Below, in pieces: positions 32,538 to 41,150 of a DNA stretch of 64,000 nucleotides. Under the pieces are notes generated by a model. That model was not told where the DNA came from. It saw only the letters and a program-made list of their open reading frames with translations, and did not search any database. Origin of the DNA: Promethearchaeota archaeon (GTDB lineage: Archaea > Asgardarchaeota > Lokiarchaeia > Sigyniarchaeales > SOKP01); contig JAHPZA010000010.1 in the NCBI GenBank assembly GCA_019058445.1, forward strand, positions 636,035 through 700,034, given 5' to 3'. Within the stretch, counting starts at the first letter, position 1. The number at the start of each line of letters is the position of its first letter. A program made the position numbers and the translations under genes.

Positions 32538-35066
32538 TTAAATATTATCTTTAGTTTTTTCAATTTTGGGTATTGTGAAGTGGAATGTAGTTCCTACACC
32601 AAATTTACTTTTATACCATATTTCTCCTCCATGTAAATTAATGATTCGTTTAGTTACTGCTAATCCTAATCCTGAACCAGCTACGTTTTTCAATTTGTCA
32701 TTCTCTATTCGACCAAATTCTCTAAAAACAACATCATTATCCTCATCTTCAATTCCAACACCCGTATCTTCTACTTGAAATTCCCAATGATCCCTCCTTT
32801 CAAAAGCTTTTAAATTAATATAACCTTCATTAGTAAATTTTATAGAATTATCGATGAGATTATATAAAACTTGTTTAAATCTTAAAGGATCCGCGCTGAT
32901 AACAGTATTTTGGTTAATTCCTTCAACATTAAATTCTAGATTTTTTCGAATATATAGAGGTTCTGTTATAGATTTAATTTCTTGGATAATGGGCCATAGT
33001 TCAAAATCAGTTATATTTAATTCAAATTTACCTGCATCGATTCTCGACAAATCCAATATACTGTTTATTATATTTAAAAGGTGTTCTCCCGCTTGATATA
33101 TATCCTTTAAAAAGGTTTTTTGCTGTTTATTAGTATTTCCATATCCATCTTCTAAGAGTAATGAAGAAAATCCTAAGATTGCATTTAAAGGAGTTCTTAA
33201 TTCATGAGAAACTGTAGCTAGAAACATAGACTTAAATTCTAATGATGAAATTAACTCATCAAGTAACAATTCTCTACGTCTTTCGTAATTTTTACGTTCA
33301 GAAATATTAGAAAAAAAAGATTGTATAATAAGATTTTCTGCAATTTTAATGATTGTGGAAGAAATTTCAACATCAATTAACTTCCCTGTTTTTGTTTTAA
33401 TTGATGCCTCAAATGAATTTTTTGTGGTTAAATCATAGATATCTTCGTTAAAATGTTTATGTGCTATTTCAAGGTATTTTGGATCAAAGATATTAAGAAT
33501 TTTATAATTTAATAGTTCATCATCATATTCTAATAAGTCCTTTGCAGCTTCATTTGCTCTGAGTATCTTTCCACTATTATCTATTAAAAAGATTGCTAAA
33601 GGAGCATGCTCAATTAATGCATTCATCTCATGAAGTGTTTGCTCAAGTCTTCGTACTATTCTTTCTGATTCTTTGAGCTCAGTTATATCTAAGGCAGTGA
33701 TTTGAATTGCATATATGGTTCCTGACAAATCTTTAAGTGGTTGTTCATCAACTAAAAAGCATTTATTTCCTGTAAAATATTCATAAGTTTCTTCATATGA
33801 GTTCCCTATTCCTGTTTCAAAGATCTTAAGATAAGAATTAAAGCGCTTTTCTGCAACTTGGGTTGGAAATACATCAAATAAAGATTTTCCAATGAAGCCA
33901 TCTGGTACTCCACCTAAATCTTTAGCTGCTTTTTTATTAACAACTAAAAATATACCATTTCTATCTATACTCATAATACTGGATTCAGAATGCTCAATTA
34001 AATTTTTATATTTCATTTCGGATTCTTTTAAGGCCAATTCAGCTATTTTTCGTTCTGTAATATCCATAGCATAAACATTTACATAATGTACCTCGGGAAC
34101 TGGTGTAATCGTTAGCGAATAAAATTGTGTATTAAATTGGAGTTCCATTTGTTTATTTGTCCGAGTCATTATCGCTTCATTAATAGGAGTTCTTAGGAGT
34201 TTAGGAACAGCACTTCCTTTTTCTATATTGAACCATCTCTTTGCTGCAGGATTAGCATAGATAATAATACCATCAGTTGCTCTCAAAACAGGATTAGGAT
34301 CTTCAGAAGGAAATTTAGCGATGCTTTTTATTTTTTCTTCTGCTTCTTTGCGAATTGAGATATCTCTGATAGTAACTAAATTTGCTTCAGAATTTTCCCA
34401 TAAAATTCTTGCTGAGTTCATCTCAGCATGAATAATCCGTCCATCTTTCTTAGGAATTTTAATCTCAGTTTTATTTTCAAGGCTAATTGGATAACCAAAA
34501 GATTGATCTATAAAGTTATTTCGTTCTCTATCAAATAATTTTTCTGCTGCATTATTTACAAATTGCACAATCCCTTGATCATTGATTATTGCAATCCCGT
34601 CCGCATTTCCATCTATAATATTTCTTAGTTGCTCTTGACTCTTCTGAAGGGTCGTTGCTAATAATTCTATGGTTTGCTTCATTTTTTGCCTATCTATTGC
34701 ATGAATGATAGCTCTTGCTAAAATATTTCCCGTTATCGTCCCTTTTATTAAGTATTCCTGAGCACCTACCTGAACCGCCTTTTTAGCAATATTTTCATCT
34801 TTAACTCCCGTTAAAACAACAATAGGTAAATTTTTAACTTTATCACGAGTTTTAATTATAGTATCGATTCCCCTACAATCAGGAAGAATTAAATCTAAAA
34901 GAATAACATCCGACTTATACTTCTCGATTTTTTTAAAACCAGTAGTAAGATTTTTAGCTATGATTAACTTATAATAAAAATTGCTATTATCTTTAAGAAG
35001 TTCTTCAATTAAACGAATATCTCCCGGATTATCTTCAATTAATAAAATATTTATTGTTTCGTTCAT
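32538..35066 (-). CDS. hybrid histidine kinase (REC - multi-PAS - HisKA - HATPase)
   Basis: [34 protein letters not shown]. Confidence 0.95.
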   Translation of the reverse strand: [842 protein letters not shown]

Positions 35067-35210
35067 AGGAGCAATAGGTATCGATTTTATAAACTACTAT
35101 TTATTAGAAATAAACATTAGTAAGACTTTGGGACCATTATAGTGTTTTAAATTTTATTACAAAAACGCATTTAACATTTTTATAAATTACTTTTATTTAT
35201 GCTTTTAGTT

Positions 35211-35930
35211 TTACAGAGTAGATTGAGAATTCATTTTTAATGCATTATGAATAGTTACAATGAGTTTTTCACAGAGGAATGGTTTTTCAATAAAATCTAT
35301 TACACATAAAGAGAATATTTCCTCCTTTATACTATTATATGCTGTCGTAAAGATTATCTTTGAATCTTGATCTATATTTAAAATCATTTTTGCTGTTTTA
35401 ATACTATTTTGCATTGGCATTCGATGTTCTATTAAAAATGATAGATTCATTGTGATTAACATAGTTTATTTCAAAAAAGCTCTTAATTTTCTCATCTTTA
35501 TGTTTAAAATAGGATAATCCAATAAAATCGATTTTGAAAAGGAAATACTATTATTTTACATTGGTTCATCCTAAGATCCTTTTGAAGAATGAATACTTTT
35601 ATAAAATATTTATAAATGTACTCTAACGAATTCCTAACATCAAATATGCAAATTGCTATGGAAATATTGTTAAATAATTTTATTTCTGAAGAAAACCATA
35701 TATCGTTTTCTTCCCCGACTAAACAAAATATCTCAAAATGATTATTGCAATATAAATATAAATTCGAATTTTTCTCTTTTGTAGGCTCATGTGAAGAATT
35801 TATTAATTTGAGAGGATTTGCTATCTCAAAAATTACCTTCTTGATTGTTGTCTTTCCTGCTAAAGGTGGTTTTGTTAATACAATTTTAACACTTTTTCTT
35901 TTATTAAGGTTTAAGAGACTAATCTTTTTG
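35211..35930 (-). pseudogene. decayed Rag-like GTPase joined to a receiver-domain remnant
   Basis: KIVLTKPPLAGKTTIKKVIFE...EPTK...EENDIWF...FKID with a frameshift, then HRMP...KIIFTTA...DFIEKPF. Confidence 0.7.
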
Positions 35931-35978
35931 TTTATTTTTCTATTAATTATTTATTTTTAAAATTATGCTAAATTGATC

Positions 35979-36620
35979 TTACTTTACGATTGAGTCCTTT
36001 AACTTATTTTCAACTGCTATTATAATATCATTACACGAATCTAGCATCATTTCTATATAAGATACGACAATATCATCAGATAATTTTCCGTTTATCCTTT
36101 TTTCCTCTAAGATTAACTCGCAAAAACCTTGAATCGTATTTACTCCACTCCGAATTTGAAGATTAACTGATTCTAAAGGCAATAAATCAGCTTTATTTAT
36201 ATAAATTTCATTTATTTGCTCAATAAATTTTTTAAAATAATCCTCATCATCATTCAGAATTTTTTTGGTTCCGATTTTATGAAACATCATTTCTATCCTT
36301 TTAAAATGGAGAATCGGAATTAAAGGATTTTCAACGTGTCTTAATAATATAATAGCATAAAGTTGCTTTCCACCTCTTGCTGTGCTATCCTTTACTTCAA
36401 TTTTACATACTTGAGAATAAAATTGATTAAAATCTAAGATCACAAATTTGTTTTTTGTATTTAACGCGTCTCTAAGAAGATTTCGAACGAATTCTTCATC
36501 TTTGATGGGTACCGATGAGTAGAGTGCTCTTGGGCCTAAAATTTGATCGTATTTCCCAATAATAGTAATAAAAGGAAATATATTTAGGTGTTCTTTGAAA
36601 TTTTTATATATCTCAATCAA
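35979..36620 (-). CDS. longin/uDENN-like domain fused to a His-less HisKA (DHp)-like hairpin
   Basis: IIGKYDQILGPRALY...RGGKQLYAIILL; VNLQIRSGVNTIQGFCELILE aligns with [21 protein letters not shown]. Confidence 0.65.
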   Translation of the reverse strand: MIEIYKNFKEHLNIFPFITIIGKYDQILGPRALYSSVPIKDEEFVRNLLRDALNTKNKFVILDFNQFYSQVCKIEVKDSTARGGKQLYAIILLRHVENPLIPILHFKRIEMMFHKIGTKKILNDDEDYFKKFIEQINEIYINKADLLPLESVNLQIRSGVNTIQGFCELILEEKRINGKLSDDIVVSYIEMMLDSCNDIIIAVENKLKDSIVK

Positions 36621-37007
36621 TTGGGATACCCTGTTATTATAATAGTTTAATTTTTTAATTACTATCTCTTACATAAATGTTGAGGGATTTATTATTAATG
36701 ATAATAGGTTAATTGTTTATAAATCTTTATTATAGTGAATCAAAAATGTTAAGAATAGCCTTTAATTGAGGTCTTCTCAATGAAAAGGGGACATTTATTA
36801 ACAATAGATAAAAAAGTATTTCATTCCAAAATCTAATTTAATTGATTAATCAATTTTTAAATGCTAAATTATAAGAAAGAATAAGTCATCATTTTTTCTT
36901 TTTAACAAAACTTTTAAAGTCTGAGTTTTATATTCTATTCGGTTTTAATAATATTTCGAAATAGAATTAGTTACATTTTTTAAGTAAACCAAAAGTGAAA
37001 TCATTAA

Positions 37008-38507
37008 TTGAGTAAAAAAATCGTTTTTATTGGTCCTCCCGAAGCTGGAAAAACTACTCTCAGAAAAATTTTTTTTGAAGGAGAAAATCGCAAAGAGCTC
37101 TTAGAACATGCATTAGAGCCTACCCATGGGCAAGAAACAATTATAGTTAAATTAAAGCAGGACATCGGAGTTTTCGATTTAGCGGGGCAAGAAAACCAAA
37201 GATGGTTTGAAACTGAAGATAAATCCATCTTTGATAATACCGAAATACTTATTGTAGTAATTGATATTACATCACCGATGCAAGAAATATTAGAGTTTAT
37301 CACAAAAATTATAAATATTAGAGATGAATTAACGCCCTCCTCATTTATTTTTTTATTATTACACAAAAAAGATTTACTTACTCGTGAAAAAATTTCTGAC
37401 ATCAAATTAAAACTTATACGAGAATTAAGAAGAATTTCCCGATTGAAAATTGCCTTTACTAGCATTAAGAAGAAGTATTTTCTTGAAACTCTTTCTTTAT
37501 TTATGGAAATACTAAAACTATGTACTTCAATGATTAGCGGTAAAGAAAGAAAAAATTTAGATTTAGTAGAGGACTTAATAAATATTCTTTATTTAATCAA
37601 TAAAGATGTTGTTATTTCTAAATCTGATTTATCTAATATGTTTAAATTAGATGAAAAAGCCTTAGATAATTTAATAATAATCTTAGAAAAGAAGAATTAT
37701 ATTAAAATTACAAAAACACATGATTATCCATTATACAGTTTAACTGACCAGGGTAAGCTGTATTTTGAAGAAATTTTAAAAGAATTTACTGAAGAGGGAT
37801 TTAAATTAGAAACTTGCTTATTTGAAACAAAAATGGAAGAGAAAAGTGCGCCACCTTTTCTAGGATTTATGATTGCTGATAAGGATGGAAAAACTTTACT
37901 AACTTCCGAGGTCTATGAAGGAGTTTTTAATGATTTTTTTCAAACTAAGAATGATGAGATGCAACCAGATCATGACCTGATTCCTATGTTTATAAATGCT
38001 TTAGAAAAATTTTCAACAGAGATTAACATTAAAGATTTATCAGGATTTAAGTTAAAAGGAACAAACATTAAAATGCAAACCTTTCGGTATGACTTGATTA
38101 CTGTCACCCTATTTATGAACGCAGATACTAATATAAAATCGCCTAAAGATGAAATAAATACATGGTTTAATAATCTTTTTACTACACATGAAAAAAAATT
38201 TGAATATAGTATTTTAACTGGAGATATAAGTCAGATAGTTCAAATTCATAATGATGGAACAAATTGGTTAAAAAAATTAAATGAAGAATATAAAGAAAAG
38301 GCGATAAATCTACAGATTTTTGATTTCAGACAAGCTACCGATTTATATGAGAAATTGGAACATATTTCAAGTCGAGTTAAAGTTTCTCATTCTATTCTTA
38401 TTCAAAAAATTAAAAATTTAAAAAACAATCTAATGAAAGCCATATATGCTGAAGATTTTCAAGAAATACGCGAGATAGCTAAAACTTCCAGTGATTTAAA
38501 AATATAA
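37008..38507 (+). CDS. Rag/Gtr-like GTPase - wHTH - roadblock/longin-like domain
   Basis: GPPEAGKTT, PTHG, DLAGQE, HKKD; LTDQGK; PPFLGFMIADKDGK. Confidence 0.8.
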   Translation: MSKKIVFIGPPEAGKTTLRKIFFEGENRKELLEHALEPTHGQETIIVKLKQDIGVFDLAGQENQRWFETEDKSIFDNTEILIVVIDITSPMQEILEFITKIINIRDELTPSSFIFLLLHKKDLLTREKISDIKLKLIRELRRISRLKIAFTSIKKKYFLETLSLFMEILKLCTSMISGKERKNLDLVEDLINILYLINKDVVISKSDLSNMFKLDEKALDNLIIILEKKNYIKITKTHDYPLYSLTDQGKLYFEEILKEFTEEGFKLETCLFETKMEEKSAPPFLGFMIADKDGKTLLTSEVYEGVFNDFFQTKNDEMQPDHDLIPMFINALEKFSTEINIKDLSGFKLKGTNIKMQTFRYDLITVTLFMNADTNIKSPKDEINTWFNNLFTTHEKKFEYSILTGDISQIVQIHNDGTNWLKKLNEEYKEKAINLQIFDFRQATDLYEKLEHISSRVKVSHSILIQKIKNLKNNLMKAIYAEDFQEIREIAKTSSDLKI

Positions 38508-38684
38508 TTAATGAAAATAGCCATTTCTTTCTAATCATATTTAAAAAGAAGGTTAATTTGCATAAAAATTTGAAATGAACTTCCAAAAAAATTCGATATA
38601 AAAAAGTTTATAATAATGCAGTTTTATCTGATAAGTAGTTTATACATTTTTTATATAATTAATGTACCTATAGAGTGAAAAAAA

Positions 38685-39932
38685 GTGTTAAAAGAAGTAA
38701 AATTGGAGAAAATCTCAAAATTGTTAGATCCTGATGTAGTAAATATTAAAACAATTAATCAAGTTGGTAAATTACCAATCTCTTCTTTAAAATTCCTATC
38801 TCTCCAAGATGAAGTTATAATTAAAGACTTATTGGGAGTTTCAAAGATTGCAGATTGTATTAAATTGGATAGGCAAAACCCTTTTAAAAAAATAAGTAGA
38901 TCGAAGCAAAAAAAGGCTAAACTTTCAAAGATTATCAAAGAAGACCTTGAGTTTGAAGAAAAAATCAAACAAGCCATAACTATGAGTTTTATTATACAAA
39001 AAATAATGAGAGAATCAGCTACAAAGAAGAAGAAAGATCAAAAAATTATTGTTGTTGGACTAAATAACGCTGGTAAAACAGCTATTTTATCTCAATTTGG
39101 AGGTAAGTTAGGGATTAAAGATCTTGCTTTACTAAAACCAACCAGGGGAGTACATCGACAAGAAATTAGCACAAAAGATTTAAATCTTCATATATGGGAT
39201 TTTGGAGGGCAAGAGGATCACAGGAAAGAATATCTTGACACGCCTGAAGAATATTTTTTTGGGATAGACTTGATCATATATGTTATTGATATTCAAGACA
39301 CTGAGAGATATGATGAGAGTATTAAGTATTTTAAAAATATTATTGAAAATGTAATAAAATTAGAAGAAACTGCCCATGTTTCAATATTTATCCATAAGGT
39401 GGACCCAGATATTAGAGATGACAATGAAGTTTTACTTAATGTTGAATTGGTAAAAGATTCAATTAGAACCATTTTTCAAAATGTACAGCTCAATTATGAT
39501 ATATACTTAACATCGATTTTCTCCATGATTTCAAGAGAACCTCAGTTCTCTAAATTTATTAAAGATGTTATGGCCGATACTGCTAACCTAACAGATCCTA
39601 CAGCCCTTAAAGTGAGTGAGTTGGGGAATATAATAGAGAAGGCGCTTAATGCTGTAATTCAGCTAAGTTCAGGTATGGTGGCCCTCGAGAAGAGGATAGA
39701 AAGCCTCGAACACCCGAGACGAGGAAGAACAACCAAAAAAGCAACTCAAGAGCAACTACCTACACCAGAAGTCTCAAAATCAGTAGTACCTCTACCACCA
39801 CCTCCCCCGCCACCAAAAGGAACTTCAGCTCCAGTTCCTCCGAAAGAAGGCCCTGGAGTAAGATCAGCATTGATGTCCGAGTTAAAGGATATTTTTGTTA
39901 AAAAAGGGATATATCGTGAATATGAGATGTAA
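38685..39932 (+). CDS. Arf/Rag-like GTPase with coiled coil, polyproline and WH2-like tail
   Basis: GLNNAGKT, PTRG, WDFGGQE, HKVD; PLPPPPPPPKG...VRSALMSELK. Confidence 0.8.
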   Translation: MLKEVKLEKISKLLDPDVVNIKTINQVGKLPISSLKFLSLQDEVIIKDLLGVSKIADCIKLDRQNPFKKISRSKQKKAKLSKIIKEDLEFEEKIKQAITMSFIIQKIMRESATKKKKDQKIIVVGLNNAGKTAILSQFGGKLGIKDLALLKPTRGVHRQEISTKDLNLHIWDFGGQEDHRKEYLDTPEEYFFGIDLIIYVIDIQDTERYDESIKYFKNIIENVIKLEETAHVSIFIHKVDPDIRDDNEVLLNVELVKDSIRTIFQNVQLNYDIYLTSIFSMISREPQFSKFIKDVMADTANLTDPTALKVSELGNIIEKALNAVIQLSSGMVALEKRIESLEHPRRGRTTKKATQEQLPTPEVSKSVVPLPPPPPPPKGTSAPVPPKEGPGVRSALMSELKDIFVKKGIYREYEM

Positions 39933-39991
39933 GATCTTAAATAAAAGAATTTTACCTTTTTTAAATCTTGATTAATATACATAAATTAAAG

Positions 39992-40888
39992 TCAAACATT
40001 ACTCGAGACCTTGTTCAAGTTAGAAAAAATATAAATAATTTGAAGTCCATCATTAAATTTATTTTCAAAAATCTTTTTTTCTTCACTTTCTAAACCGAGT
40101 TTAAACCATTTAGCCCTATTAGTCAGATAAAATGAAAATGGTTCTAATATAGGATGTTCAATAAATCCCATATGTTCTAATCTTTTTAGATGATAACGGA
40201 CTTCCTTAGAGTTAAGTTTAAAATAATTTTCAATGTCATCATGATAATAATTTATTGAGGGTGTAACCTTTAGAATAATTGATAATTCGACTTTTAAATT
40301 GACAAAGTCTCTTTGACTAGGTTTAATCGAATTTTCATTGAATATCTCATTAAAAATATTAAAAAACACAGTATATGATTCAAAAAAAAAACCTTTTGTA
40401 ATAGATGTTTCATAGATCGGGATTAATCGTTTATTTAAATTTTGAAGTTGTAATTGTTTATATAAAAAATTAATAACAGTATGGGAATAAGTAGGAGTTA
40501 CTAGGTCTACTTTATGTAGTAAAACAACGAGATTACATGCATAAAGCTGTATTTGCTCCATTAAATTTAGGACTTTTTTAAAAAAATGCAACATTGATTC
40601 TAATGGACTAGTAATATCAAACACGCAAATAATAAGATTACTTCCTTTAAAAATGTCTGATTCTTTTAAAAACCATATCTCGTTTTCTTGACCAGCTAAA
40701 TCGAATATTCCAAGATCCCAAGTGAAGAGAGAAAATCTATTTGAATTTACTCCTTTTGTTGGTTCTATTGACTTTTGTAAAAGCTTAATAGGATTCGCCA
40801 TTTCAAAAAATACCTTTTCTATGGTGGTTTTCCCAGAATTTGGTGGTCCTATTAATGTAATTTTCCTCCTAATCGATTTTACTTTCAA
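39992..40888 (-). CDS. Rag-like GTPase with C-terminal wHTH
   Basis: GPPNSGKTT, PTKG, DLAGQE, HKVD, ETSI; EVRYHLKRLEHMGFIE. Confidence 0.8.
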   Translation of the reverse strand: MKVKSIRRKITLIGPPNSGKTTIEKVFFEMANPIKLLQKSIEPTKGVNSNRFSLFTWDLGIFDLAGQENEIWFLKESDIFKGSNLIICVFDITSPLESMLHFFKKVLNLMEQIQLYACNLVVLLHKVDLVTPTYSHTVINFLYKQLQLQNLNKRLIPIYETSITKGFFFESYTVFFNIFNEIFNENSIKPSQRDFVNLKVELSIILKVTPSINYYHDDIENYFKLNSKEVRYHLKRLEHMGFIEHPILEPFSFYLTNRAKWFKLGLESEEKKIFENKFNDGLQIIYIFSNLNKVSSNV

Positions 40889-41150
40889 GTTTTAAACCTT
40901 GTTATTTAAACTTTACTATAAAATGATCTAACATTATTATCTATAAATTTGATAATAAATTCAATTGTAAATATAATAGATCTCTTTTGAACAGTGATTT
41001 TGGTTAGCCTAAATTTTTATTTTTTATCTATTTAGACATAATAATTAACAAATTAAGCTTATTTAAACTTTTTCAACAACGTTCAAACATTAATTATAAG
41101 CGCTAATTATAAATATGAAAATTATGATTCAAATTCTTACTTAACTATTT

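Noticed and set aside
18686-35930. Further BHB introns explaining the broken GTPase genes
   Set aside because: The lesions are scattered point stops and 1-nt frameshifts with no hairpin-bounded inserts.
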